Shown here: positions 40,508 to 52,254 of the stretch, piece by piece
How the letters are laid out: each line of letters starts with the position of its first letter
How positions within the stretch are numbered: position 1 is the stretch's first letter
Source of the DNA: Eledone cirrhosa
Lineage: Eukaryota
DNA length: 64,000 nucleotides
Assembly: GCA_964016885.1 (NCBI GenBank)
Contig: OZ024757.1
Coordinates: 23,622,001-23,686,000, forward strand
Reading direction: 5' to 3'
Notes under the pieces: model-generated
What the model was told of the DNA's origin: nothing
Databases searched by the model: none
Seen by the model: only the letters and a program-made list of their open reading frames with translations
Program-made: the position numbers and the translations under genes

Positions 40508-40940
40508 AGCTGTGTCTGATACCAATAGATGCTCTTATCTTATCTTATCTTTAGAAATACAGCAAGTCAATCTTCAGTGGAGTGGTGGAGATGGTGGAGG
40601 TGGAGATGGTGGAGGTGGTAGAGGAGATGGAGGTGATGGAGATGGTGGAGGTGATGGAGATGGTGGAGGAGGTGGAGATGGTGGAGGAGGTGGAGATGGA
40701 GATGGTGGAGGAGATGGAGGTGATGGAGATGGTGGAGGGGAGGTGATGGAGATGGTGGAGGGGAGGTGGAGGAGATGGAGGTGATGGAGATGGTGGAGAT
40801 GGAGGTGATGGAGATGGTGGAGGAGATGGAGGTGATGGAGATGGTGGAGGTGGTGGAGGAGATGGAGGGGGGGGGGGAGATGGAGATGGTGGAGGGGAGG
40901 CGATGATAGGGGAGGTGGAGATGGAGGTGGTGGAGTAGGC
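39765..40940 (+). repeat. G-rich low-complexity tracts (G-run repeats and GGA/GGT/GAT repeat)
   Basis: Dense G runs at 39770-40310 and a GGAGATGGT-type repeat at 40578-40935. Confidence 0.85.
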
Positions 40941-42471
40941 GGTGGACTTAATTTGCTTTGAATGCATGGCAGCCATCATGGATTAAGACAGTCAGTCACT
41001 GTCCTTAACCCTTTTGTTTAAAACTGTTCATTTTAAAGTGTTTACTTTAATGTATGAAGCTCTCATTGTAATTTTATGTAAAAACTTTTGTCAAGTTATG
41101 TTCCAAATACCAGGGTGATAATGGTTTCTGATTTAGGCACAAGGCCAACAATTTTGAGGGAGGAGAAAGTCGATTAAATCGACCCAAGTGTGTTGGTGGC
41201 AATTTATTTTATCGACCCCCATAAAGATGAAAAGTAAAGTTAATCTCGACAGGATCAGAACTCAGAACGTAAAGGGACGTAACTATATGCTGCAAAGCAA
41301 GTTGACCAATGCTCTACCGATACTGCCAATCCACCACCCTAATCCCCAGCTTAATAATGACAAAAGTCTGTTATATTACTAAATTCCTGAATATTTAACT
41401 ATATTTTCTAATGAAATACACTGCTTATATGTTTCAATTAATTTTGAAAATCACCAAAAAATTTAGAGGAATTTAATAAAATAACTAAGTTTTGCATTAG
41501 TAATCTGATAAAGTGTCTATGTTTATGTATAAACCTGCCATCATAATTTTATGTTAGACATTTTGTCAAGTTATGTTCCAAACACCACCTTAATAATAAC
41601 AAAGTTTACTATGTTACTAAATTCCTCTAAATTCCTGAGCATTTCATTATATTTCTAATGAAATATACTGCCAATATGTTGCAATTAATTTTGAAAATCA
41701 GCAAAAATTTGAAGGAATTTAATAAAATAACTATATATATATATATATATATTTTTTTTTCTTCATTAGTAAGCTGATGTATAGAACACTACTTAAATAT
41801 TTCTAAAATAAAATTGTGATGGAAGGTTTTAATATAAGGGTAAACAAGACTGAGCAGTTTTGTGAAGGAGCATGGCCTAATGGTTAGGATCTTGACAAAG
41901 GATCTTAATGTCCTCAGTTCAATCTATGGACAGGCTGCTGTGTTGTGTTCTTGAGCAAAATACCTTATTTCACATTGCTCCAAGTACACCCAGCCGAGAT
42001 GAGTACGAGCAGTAGCTGGAGAGTTAAACCTGCGATTGACTAGTGTCCTGTCCAGGGAGAGTCTTGTACTCTCAGTTGCTTAACACCAAGGAAACCGGGA
42101 ATAAGCATGGGCCTGATGACCACAGAGTTATCTTGTTCCTATCACCATTTTGTTTCATCTATATACCATCTCATCCTTTATATGTTCATCCTTTTACTTC
42201 TGTCTGGTTCGATAAAATAAAGTACCAGTAATACACTGGGATAATTGCTGGCTTTGTGCCAACACTAGAAACAATTATATCTGTGGATTGGCAGTATCGG
42301 TAGAGAGTCGGGTACCATGCTTTGCAGCATAGAGTTATGGCCCTTTATAGTCTGAGTTCAAATCCCGCCGAGGTTAACTTTGCCTTTCATCCTTACGGGG
42401 TTGATAAAATAAAGTACCAGTAATGTACTGGGGTCGATTTAATCGACTTTCCCCTCCCCCAAATTCCTGGC

Positions 42472-42516
<45 letters not shown>

Positions 42517-44425
42517 GTTCAAATATTCATTTATTATGGCTAGGTAATGAGTCTTGTTACTCTGCAGTTTCACCTGGACACCTGCAGGATCATCGGACAA
42601 GATCATCATCATCATCATCATTTTACGTCTGCTTGCAAGGGTGGGACGGGAACTGATTCTGGCTTGATTTCTACAGCTGGATGCCCTTCCTAACACCAAC
42701 CTCATTTACAGTGAGTGCTGGGTGCTTTTTCGTGGCGCCTACACGTCCACTTTACAGTGTGGGCTGGGTGCTTTTTTTGCCGTGGCACCTCCACGACCAC
42801 CTTGCGGTGGGGGGTGTGGGGGCATATTGTCTATATATATATGCTAATTCAAAATATTAACAAAAATAGACATTTGTGTGATCAAGTATATTTTATTATA
42901 CATATTTCAGTATGGGCTGGGTGCTTTTTTGTTGTGACACCTACGCATCAACTTTACAGTGTGGGCTGGGTGCTTTTTTTGCCATGACACCTCCACGACC
43001 ACTTTACAGTGGAATGATATGGACCCCAGTCCCTATCATCTCATTTCTACAGCTGAGTAAACTGGAGTAATGTGAAATAAAGTGTCTTGTTCAAGGAAAC
43101 AACACATCACCCGGTCTGAGAGTTGAACTCACCTCTCGATTTCAAGGCCAATGCTCTAACCACTAAGCCATGTACCTCCATGGATATATATATATATATA
43201 TATACAAACATACATACACACACATATATGTGTGTGTATGTATGTTTGCATATATACACACACACAAACATACACACATACATACATATATACACACAAA
43301 GTGTAAACACCCAAATCTTCCTATCCTATTACCACGATGCTGTAATGTGTATGATATGTTGGTATGATCTTTTCTTGTCACTTCTTACTAACTAAATTCA
43401 GTTCTCCTGTTCAATATTCCTCTGTAGTGGTTCAATTGCAGCAGGTTTTCTAAGACCTGATTCAGACCATCATACCTCTGTTCATTTCTGTCGACTTGGC
43501 ACAACAACAAGTTGCAGTCTTTTGTGTTTTTTTTCACTTTTTTTTTTTTTTTTTTTTTTTGCATGTGTTTATTGACTCCCAAAAAGATGAAAGGAAAAGT
43601 CGATACGGCAGAATTGAAATTCAGATGTAAATTAGAGTGAATACATCAATGAATTTAGTCCAGTAGATAGTAGAAATTAGTCATCTATCTGACTGGCAAA
43701 TCTTTACTTTTACTAACACTCTACAGACAGTAGTATACAGACGTGACCTTTCGTGTTCCCTGTTTCATAAAATATCTGTCTATATGCTATGGTATGTTAG
43801 AGAAAGTAATACACATTAAAACACAGGTTTTATTGCTCTTCATTCGGTGGATTGGCAGTATCGGTAGAGGGTCGGACGCCATGCTTTCTAGCATAGTTAC
43901 GTCCCTTTACGATCTGAGTTCAAATCCCGCCAAGGTTGACTTTGCCTTTCATCCTTACGGGGTTGATAAAATAAAAGTACCAGTAATGCACTGGGTAATT
44001 GCTGGCCTTGTGCCTAAAGTAGAAACAATTATTATATACATATAAGGGCGGTGGATTGACAGTATCGGTAGAGGGTCGGACGCCATGCTTTGACGCATAG
44101 AGTTACGGCCCTTGCCATTCTGAGTTCAAATCCTGCCGAGGTTAACTTTGCCTTTCATCCTTACAGGGTCGATAAAATAAAGTACCAGATAAAATAAAGT
44201 ACCACTGGGATAATTGCTGGCCTTGTGCCAAAAATAGAAACAATTATTCTATACATATAAAGGGTGGTGGAATGGCAGTATTGGAAGAACATCGGACAAC
44301 GTGCTTTACAGCATTCCTTTATGTTCTGAATTCAAATCCTACCGAGATTAACTTTGCTTTTCATATAACAGGTTCGATGAAATAAAGTACCAGTAACACA
44401 CTGGAGTAGATTTAACCCTTTAGCA

Positions 44426-45228
44426 TTTACATTACTCTATATATACTATTGTATTTTCACAGTAAAGGCTTTACCTCACATAATTATCTCACATAAAATT
44501 TACATTACTCTATATATACTATTGTATTTTCACAGTAAAGGCTTTATCTCACATAATTATCTCACATAAAATTTACATTACTCTATATATACTATTGTAT
44601 TTTCACAGTAAAGGCTTTACCTCACATAATTATCTCACATAAAATTTACATTACTCTATATATACTATTGTATTTTCACAGTAAAGGCTTTACCTCACAT
44701 AATTATCTCACATAAAATTTACATTACTCTATATATACTATTGTATTTTCACAGTAAAGGCTTTACCTCACATAATTATCTCACATAAAATTTACATTAC
44801 TCTATATATACTATTGTATTTTCACAGTAAAGGCTTTACCTCACATAATTATCTCACATAAAATTTACATTACTCTATATATACTATTGTATTTTCACAG
44901 TAAAGGCTTTACCTCACATAATTATCTCACATAAAATTTACATTACTCTATATATACTATTGTATTTTCACAGTAAAGGCTTTATCTCACATAATTATCT
45001 CACATAACATTTACATTACTCTATATATACTATTGTATTTTCACAGTAAAGGCTTTATCTCACATAATTATCTCACATAACATTTACATTACTCTATATA
45101 TACTATTGTATTTTCACAGTAAAGGCTTTATCTCACATAATTATCTCACATAACATTTACATTACTCTATATATACTATTGTATTTTCACAGTAAAGGCT
45201 TTACCTCACATAATATCTCACATAACAT
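44426..45228 (+). repeat. 73-bp tandem satellite, left part (about 11 units)
   Basis: Unit ttacattactctatatatactattgtattttcacagtaaaggctttacctcacataattatctcacataaaat. Confidence 0.95.
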
Positions 45229-45439
45229 CTCGTATACGAGAGACGTGTGTTGACGTGTGTGAACAAGCTCGGCTACCGAGTCGGATTTACTTACTCAAAA
45301 AGTGAGTTTTGATTAATTTTTTTATACTGTAATATACGTTAACCCCTTGCCTTGGTCGTCAAACTTTGAGTTTATTTATTTTCGCCCCTTTTTGGGGCGA
45401 ATTTTCCAGTTAAAAATTTATTACGGCAAACTAATAGAA

Positions 45440-47182
45440 ATGGACGGAATTTTCACATCTCATCCTAACGTGAAAGCCACGCCCCCTAAGAAAGGTGATA
45501 CAGAGAAGCTAGAAGCACAAGGCTCTAAGTCTTCCCTCCTCACTTCTGCAAAAGAAACATGGAACACGGAATTAAAAGAAAAATTTGTAGAAATGGGTGA
45601 AAACCCAGAAAGTCACATAAACGCAGACAAAAACATCAACGACAATAACAGCAATAGTCACAACACCAACCAAGGAAAAAATAACGATAACACCAAACAA
45701 AGTGAACCCACTACTGGTACCTCCTTTGCACAGGCGGTCCGGAAAACACAAACCTGCAAGCAACTGGACATTACAACTCTGAGAGAAAAGATGAAGGAAG
45801 CGAAACAGTATGTAACTTTCAAAGAAGGAGGAGACTTCACAATCACCTCCCCACAAGAAATCAAAAGAGACACGACGCTAAGAACGATATCTTTCAGAAC
45901 AATTTCCAACATAACAAGGAAACCAACTCAATTATCCCAAAAAGAGATTGAGCTGGTCCTAAAAAATGTGTGGAGTGATATATCGTTCATACAAAAAGGG
46001 CCACTCTATGGGAATATAACGGTCCTAATGAAGGATCAATTGACGGCCAGGAAATACTCTGTGGCACCAATTGTTTCCAAGATATATACATTTTTCCCCA
46101 CATATTTAGGGAAAAGAACGCAGAAGATAAGGGTCTCCGGAATCCGGCCAAATGCATGCATTTCCTGGGTACTAACAGGATTTTTAGAAGACGAGGACGG
46201 AATCCTCTCAGTAGGAGAAGTCACCACAGACGTTTTCGGCGGTTTGAGCGTGGAGGTTCTGGTCCAAATGAGACCAGAACGAATCGCTAGAATACCACAG
46301 AGGGTGTCCCTCGATGGAGAAACATTTATATATATTTCAGCCGAGGGTAGGAGGCCCATATGTTACTACTGTTCAAGCAGGGGTCATCTAAGGGCTGCTT
46401 GTCCTCAATTGACAAAAAAAAAGGCTCTTTTGCCTACACCCCACACACCACCACCGCCACCACCACCACCACCACCACCTCCACCACCACCACCACAACA
46501 ACAACAAAAACAACAGGGAAAAATAACACAAGACACGGCCCCACCCAAAACAACTCCCAAAACACACACAAATACAACAAAACCCCAAAATACACCACTA
46601 CCTGACAGCACGGACGAGGACCCAGCGGAAACGGCACCTAGTGACGAAGAGGGGGAACCCTTCCAACCTGTAAAAAGGAAAAAAAGAAAGCACCACTCGA
46701 ACATAAACGAAACAAACACACAACCACCAACAAAAACAAAACAAACAGAACAAACAAAATCCGCCCCACCCCAAAACATAACACATACAACAAAACGTAA
46801 GCACACACAAGAACAACAAACAAACACAACACAAATAAAACAGTATACATACATTAACACAAATAACAAAGAACTAGTAAAAACAATACACAAAGACCCT
46901 TTGGTGGAAACTGAAGGGCAATTCTTTGCAAGCGCGGCCAACAAACCGCATTTAAAAATGATAAGACTCCCAATGGACACCTATGCAAAACTAAGAGAGA
47001 ACTTTCCTGAGGACGTGGGGAAAACATGTACTCGACCCTATAACCGCGTCCTCTTGAAACGTTTCCCCACCCACACCTCACCAAACACCCCCACTCCACC
47101 ACAGAACAACACCCCACCAAACAACCCCTCCAATACGCCCATGGATATTGTGCAACCTGCTCCTCAGGAGCCGAACAGGTAG
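45440..47182 (+). CDS. LINE ORF1, gag-like nucleic-acid-binding protein (about 580 aa from the first ATG)
   Basis: CX2CX4HX4C knuckle CYYCSSRGHLRAAC, poly-Pro/Gln linker and a basic KRKKRK patch. The track starts at TTG 45347; the first ATG is at 45440. Confidence 0.88.
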   Translation: MDGIFTSHPNVKATPPKKGDTEKLEAQGSKSSLLTSAKETWNTELKEKFVEMGENPESHINADKNINDNNSNSHNTNQGKNNDNTKQSEPTTGTSFAQAVRKTQTCKQLDITTLREKMKEAKQYVTFKEGGDFTITSPQEIKRDTTLRTISFRTISNITRKPTQLSQKEIELVLKNVWSDISFIQKGPLYGNITVLMKDQLTARKYSVAPIVSKIYTFFPTYLGKRTQKIRVSGIRPNACISWVLTGFLEDEDGILSVGEVTTDVFGGLSVEVLVQMRPERIARIPQRVSLDGETFIYISAEGRRPICYYCSSRGHLRAACPQLTKKKALLPTPHTPPPPPPPPPPPPPPPPQQQQKQQGKITQDTAPPKTTPKTHTNTTKPQNTPLPDSTDEDPAETAPSDEEGEPFQPVKRKKRKHHSNINETNTQPPTKTKQTEQTKSAPPQNITHTTKRKHTQEQQTNTTQIKQYTYINTNNKELVKTIHKDPLVETEGQFFASAANKPHLKMIRLPMDTYAKLRENFPEDVGKTCTRPYNRVLLKRFPTHTSPNTPTPPQNNTPPNNPSNTPMDIVQPAPQEPNR

Positions 47183-47203
47183 GTCCTTCCTCTTTTAACC
47201 AAC

Positions 47204-50200
47204 ATGGCTGATATAAGAGTTGGGTTTCTGAATGTACGTGGCCTGGGACTGTCTTGGAAACAAGGCAAACTTTTAAACGATCTCAGGTCACATAGAATGG
47301 ATGTAATGGCTATTTGCGAGTCCAGGATCAGCAGCGAGCACCAACTGGCGCCCCTCTTCGACGACTTTGAGATCTTCGCATCTCTCTGTCAACCGGGGGG
47401 TGGGGGTGGAGTTGTCGTTCTGCTGCGAAAACACCTGGGCCTCGCCATACAGAAGGTGCACCTGGACCCGGAGGGTCGACTGGTGGTTTTAGACGTCGGC
47501 AGTAGTGAAAGTGGAGCCCTTAGACTAATAGCTGTGTACGCCCCTTTTTGGGCAGCGCGGCCGGAATACTTCCAACGTCTGGAAACTTTTCTGGGAACGT
47601 CCCGCTCCTTGCTTTTAGTGGGGGACTGGAATGGTATCCTGGATGCACGTTGGGACTATGTAGGGGCATGTGCCAATAGAGGGGGGTGTAAAAGCCTCAA
47701 AAGGTTAATCGGCCGATTTGACCTGGCCGATAGATATCGACTAGATTTTCCGACTGTACCACTATGGACGTGGACCAATCGCAGTGGAACATCTAGGTCG
47801 TACCTAGATAGGGTCCTAGTTAGAGAGAACGATAGGGACACATTTAGCTGTCCAAAAATGTTCATGGTTGACTATTCGGATCACAAGTTAGTGACCTGCA
47901 TAGCCAACCTTGATAGAACCCATAGACAGGGACCCGGTTACTGGAAGCTGAACTTGTCCTTACCGAGAAGCAAAGCTTACAGTAAACGGATTAGCACGTT
48001 AGTTAAGCAGAATTTGACAGGGGCAATTGTCAACAACAGGTGGTGGAGCTCTCTTAAGAGAGCAATTAGAATAGAATCGATAGGTTTTAGTCAGGAATTA
48101 GCAAGGGATAGGAACAAGACGGAAAGGGAATTAGTAGATAGAGTAGAAGAGGCGATTAGGAGTGGCAATGTAGCCGGCGTGCTGGCATCAAGAATGGCCT
48201 TAGACCAGTTCTTTGAGGTGAAGCATGAAGGCTGCGTTGTCAGGAGTAAAATACGTGCTCTGGGTAATGAGGGAGCCAAAGCTGTAAGCTGGGCCCGAGT
48301 GACAGAGGCAAAAAGTGGGAACAAGTCCACGATTCGGTCTTTGAAGGACCAGGATGGGCGTGTGATCCTTGAACCTGGGCAGATGTGTGCGGCCTTTCAG
48401 CGGCACTTTGCACGACTGTTCGAGAGGGGCGGCGCGCCGGGTGAGACTATGGATTTCAATCCATACCTCGACGGTCTGCCGCGCCTCTCGGACGCGGAGG
48501 CGAAGTCCTGCGAAAGGACGATTTCAGCTGCTGAGATAGGGGCGGCGCTGAGCCAATGCGGCAAACGCAAATCCCCGGGTCTCGATGGTCTACCATACGA
48601 GCTATATGTAGCGATGCCGGACTTGTTCTCCGATATCCTCGAAGCGGTCTACTGCAACTGGCAGCAGAACGGGAGAATTCCCAGTTCTGTGACCAAGGGC
48701 GTAGTTACGCTGGTGAGGAAGGATGAGAACAAGGGGGATGACATAAGTAACTTCAGGCCCATAACTCTGCTAAATACAGAGTTAAAGATTTTGGCCAAGG
48801 TGTTAGCGAAGAGGTTGGCGCTTGTCGTTGGAAACCTGGTGGGAGAAGCGCAGACATGCGCAATCCCGTCCAGGTCCATTCACGACAATCTCCACCTTAT
48901 GCGATACATCATAGAGAGGGTAGGGAATGAACCCGGCTTTGGTGGGGCCCTGATCAACTTGGATCAATCTAAAGCTTTCGATAGGGTTGACCATCGTTAC
49001 CTGGATGCGGTGCTCGCGGCGGCAGGCTTCGGACCCGTTTTCAGGGGTTGGATTGCTGCGATGCACAGCAGCAACGTCTGCTCAAGGGTCAAGGTGAACG
49101 GCCACCTCTCGGAGCCGTTCCAAATCATGCGATCCATCCGACAGGGATGCCCTCTCTCCTCCCTACTGTATGTGCTGGCTCTTGAGCCACTACTGCGGAA
49201 GTTGGAGCGGTTGCAGGGCATCCCTTTGGAACCGGGATTGCAGAAAGCGGCGTCGGCCTACGCCGATGACGTGACAGTAATGGTGTCGAAAACCTCGCAA
49301 ATCGGTGAGATCGGCACCTTACTGGAGGAATATGAAAGGTTTACAGGAGCCAAGCTGAACCGGGACAAGTCCGTCGGTTTGCAACTCGGAACATGGAGAG
49401 GCAAACCGATGCCCTCCAACGACGTCGTCGGACGCTGGACGGAGGGCCCGGTGAAGCTGCTTGGGGTCTGGTTCGGACCAGACCTCCAGGTGGAGAAAAA
49501 CTGGAACGAGGTAACGGCCAGGGTGTTTGCACTCACCCAGAAGTGGGCCCAGTGCAAACTATCCCTGAAAGGTCGAGCGGAGGTGGCGAATACTTATATA
49601 GCATCCGTCATCTACTACCGCTTGACCGTCGTGCCTTGCCCAGTGAAAAGACTCGCCAAAATGGAGTGCGCGCTGTTCCAATTTCTTTGGAACAAGCGGA
49701 CCCCTTTGGTGAGGAGATCCATCTGCTGTCAACACCCTTCGAAAGGAGGGCTGGGGATGCCGTGGCTACAGATGCGTAAACACGCATTAAGGCTACGGCA
49801 CCTCCAGGTATTCCTCACCGGTCAACCGGTGTGGGCCCCGTTTGTGAGGCGAGCCTTTCCCAGACTCGTCTCGCTCACCGAGCTGCAATCCTGGGTCAAG
49901 CAAAGACCGAGAAAAGTGGGCGACTGGCACATTGAATGTGCCCAGGCGCTCACGGCCCTCTGGAAAGCGGACCCGGCAATCAGTGGAGACTCCACCTCGA
50001 CATTTTATAGAGGGTTGGTACGCAGCAGGTGCGACGATGCTCTCGGAGAAGCTCTAGGCATGGAGGAAGATGAACTGGCCAGTCTGTTCGGTAGGACGTT
50101 TGGCCCTGGACCGATGGACAACTTCCAAAAGTCCCTGGCTTGGCAGTGCTACCGAGGGGCTCTACCCGTTCGAGACAAGCTCCACAGGCATGGGAGCCTG

Positions 50201-50641
50201 GGTAGAGATCCTTTGAATAAGATCTGTCCGAGATGCGTGCATGATGACGAAACCGTTGCGCACGCATTCGTACACTGCCCAGGCATTGCTGACCTGTGGG
50301 GCTATGTGGAACGACTACTGTCGAGGGTGGGACCAATCCGGTTGACCACCGAGTCCATTGTCACGATCAAACCGCCTCCCCCTTTCAAAAACGAAGGAGA
50401 GGCGGTTTTTCTCTGTGTGGTAGCCATGGCTAAAGAAGTTGTATGGTGGACGAGGCTGAAAGGGCTGAGGTCAGACACCTTTCTCTCCGGCCAACAACTG
50501 GTCCCCTTTTTCAAATACCATTTTAAAAGAAGGATCAGAATGGAGAGAGAGGTGCTCTACCCCAGCAAGTTTTATGAAAGGTGGGTGAAAGTAGGGAGAA
50601 TGGCCAGAGTGAATGGGTCTTCTCTCTATATCAGCCTGTAG
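47204..50641 (+). CDS. LINE ORF2: APE endonuclease, reverse transcriptase and C-terminal Cys/His finger (1145 aa)
   Basis: Endonuclease motifs NVRG, VYAP, GDWN, LDRVLV, SDH. RT motifs KSPGLDG, RPITLLN, DQSKAFDRVDH, RQGCPLS, YADD. C-terminal CPRC...HAFVHC. GGLG and WKLN motifs are typical of L1/Tx1. Confidence 0.97.
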   Translation: MADIRVGFLNVRGLGLSWKQGKLLNDLRSHRMDVMAICESRISSEHQLAPLFDDFEIFASLCQPGGGGGVVVLLRKHLGLAIQKVHLDPEGRLVVLDVGSSESGALRLIAVYAPFWAARPEYFQRLETFLGTSRSLLLVGDWNGILDARWDYVGACANRGGCKSLKRLIGRFDLADRYRLDFPTVPLWTWTNRSGTSRSYLDRVLVRENDRDTFSCPKMFMVDYSDHKLVTCIANLDRTHRQGPGYWKLNLSLPRSKAYSKRISTLVKQNLTGAIVNNRWWSSLKRAIRIESIGFSQELARDRNKTERELVDRVEEAIRSGNVAGVLASRMALDQFFEVKHEGCVVRSKIRALGNEGAKAVSWARVTEAKSGNKSTIRSLKDQDGRVILEPGQMCAAFQRHFARLFERGGAPGETMDFNPYLDGLPRLSDAEAKSCERTISAAEIGAALSQCGKRKSPGLDGLPYELYVAMPDLFSDILEAVYCNWQQNGRIPSSVTKGVVTLVRKDENKGDDISNFRPITLLNTELKILAKVLAKRLALVVGNLVGEAQTCAIPSRSIHDNLHLMRYIIERVGNEPGFGGALINLDQSKAFDRVDHRYLDAVLAAAGFGPVFRGWIAAMHSSNVCSRVKVNGHLSEPFQIMRSIRQGCPLSSLLYVLALEPLLRKLERLQGIPLEPGLQKAASAYADDVTVMVSKTSQIGEIGTLLEEYERFTGAKLNRDKSVGLQLGTWRGKPMPSNDVVGRWTEGPVKLLGVWFGPDLQVEKNWNEVTARVFALTQKWAQCKLSLKGRAEVANTYIASVIYYRLTVVPCPVKRLAKMECALFQFLWNKRTPLVRRSICCQHPSKGGLGMPWLQMRKHALRLRHLQVFLTGQPVWAPFVRRAFPRLVSLTELQSWVKQRPRKVGDWHIECAQALTALWKADPAISGDSTSTFYRGLVRSRCDDALGEALGMEEDELASLFGRTFGPGPMDNFQKSLAWQCYRGALPVRDKLHRHGSLGRDPLNKICPRCVHDDETVAHAFVHCPGIADLWGYVERLLSRVGPIRLTTESIVTIKPPPPFKNEGEAVFLCVVAMAKEVVWWTRLKGLRSDTFLSGQQLVPFFKYHFKRRIRMEREVLYPSKFYERWVKVGRMARVNGSSLYISL

Positions 50642-50878
50642 GTGAAAGAAGAGGAAAAAGCGGAGACGAGGGAAGCACCTACTCTTTGTGCTCCTGAGGA
50701 GAAGGGTTACACATTTTTTCCGGGGTGTGTGCGACCCATGTTAATGCCCCCTCCCTATTGAGGACTTCGTTTGTTGTTGTTATTTCATTGTTATATTTTT
50801 GTACTCGTTAATTATATGTAAACTTCCCCCCTTGTATCTGTCCCTACCTTTTGTGCCCTAGTGGCAAATAAAGAAACC

Positions 50879-51880
50879 ACTCTATATATACTATTGTATT
50901 TTCACAGTAAAGGCTTTACCTCACATAATTATCTCACATAACATTTACATTACTCTATATATACTATTGTATTTTCACAGTAAAGGCTTTATCTCACATA
51001 ATTATCTCACATAAAATTTACATTACTCTATATATACTATTGTATTTTCACAGTAAAGGCTTTACCTCACATAATTATCTCACATAACATTTACATTACT
51101 CTATATATACTATTGTATTTTCACAGTAAAGGCTTTATCTCACATAATTATCTCACATAACATTTACATTACTCTATATATACTATTGTATTTTCACAGT
51201 AAAGGCTTTATCTCACATAATTATCTCACATAACATTTACATTACTCTATATATACTATTGTATTTTCACAGTAAAGGCTTTATCTCACATAATTATCTC
51301 ACATAACATTTACATTACTCTATATATACTATTGTATTTTCACAGTAAAGGCTTTACCTCACATAATTATCTCACATAACATTTACATTACTCTATATAT
51401 ACTATTGTATTTTCACAGTAAAGGCTTTATCTCACATAATTATCTCACATAAAATTTACATTACTCTATATATACTATTGTATTTTCACAGTAAAGGCTT
51501 TATCTCACATAATTATCTCACATAACATTTACATTACTCTATATATACTATTGTATTTTCACAGTAAAGGCTTTACCTCACATAATTATCTCACATAAAA
51601 TTTACATTACTCTATATATACTATTGTATTTTCACAGTAAAGGCTTTATCTCACATAATTATCTCACAACATTTACATTACTCTATATATACTATTGTAT
51701 TTTCACAGTAAAGGCTTTATCTCACATAATTATCTCACATAACATTTACATTACTCTATATATACTATTGTATTTTCACAGTAAAGGCTTTATCCCACAT
51801 ATCTCACATAACATTTACATTACTCTATATATACTATTGTATTTTCACAGTAAAGGCTTTATCCCACATATCTCACATAA
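50879..51880 (+). repeat. 73-bp tandem satellite, right part (about 14 units)
   Basis: The same unit resumes immediately after the LINE 3' end. Confidence 0.95.
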
Positions 51881-52137
51881 TATCGAATCTATGAGATTTT
51901 GATATTATTTATTTTGAGAACAATACCTTAAGTTGGTTTGAACAGAAAAATGTGTGAAAATTCTGGCTGGATACGACCAGTTTAAATACTAAAGGGTTAA
52001 TTAACTTTCCCTTCCTCTAAAATTGTTGGCCTTGTGCCTAAATCAGAAACCCTTATTCTATACACACAGAGTAGAAATTATTCATCTATCTGGCTGTCAA
52101 ATCTTCACTTTTACTAACACACTGCATCTACAAGTAC

Positions 52138-52254
52138 ACTTACAGCCATATCACGTTGAAAGCACCAGTTCTCGTCCACTCACAGACAACAACAACATAG
52201 AGCCTTGTTAGTACTTAGATGGGTGACCAGTTGGGAAACCTAGGTGCTGTAAGC
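52138..52254 (+). pseudogene. 5S rRNA-derived sequence (pseudogene or SINE3 head)
   Basis: CTTACAGCCATATCACGTTGAAAGCACCAGTTCTCGTCC...TTAGTACTTAGATGGGTGACC...TGGGAA...GGTGCTGTAAGC follows metazoan 5S over about 117 nt. Box A is decayed and no oligo-T terminator follows directly. Confidence 0.85.

Larger units (their letters stand above)
45229..50878 (+). mobile_element. Full-length L1/Tx1-clade non-LTR retrotransposon, apparently intact
   Basis: Two uninterrupted ORFs separated by 21 nt, a short 5' UTR, and a 3' UTR ending in AATAAA (50867-50872) then GAAAC. Sharp boundaries with the 73-bp satellite on both sides; more GC-rich than the flanks. Confidence 0.95.
44416..51996 (+). mobile_element. 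piggyBac-like MITE expanded by an internal satellite and the LINE insertion
   Basis: Ends TTAA|CCCTTTAGCATTT and AAATACTAAAGGG|TTAA. Short copies of the same family lie at 12376-12615 and 36062-36280. Confidence 0.8.

Noticed and set aside
39698-40979. Pro-rich (extensin-like) and Gly-rich ORFs
   Set aside because: Low-complexity G-run DNA open in several frames.
45572-50514. Antisense and alternate-frame ORFs inside the LINE
   Set aside because: Shadows of the long sense ORFs.
52138-52254. Functional 5S rRNA gene
   Set aside because: Single copy with a decayed box A region and no adjacent terminator; kept as a pseudogene or SINE3 head.
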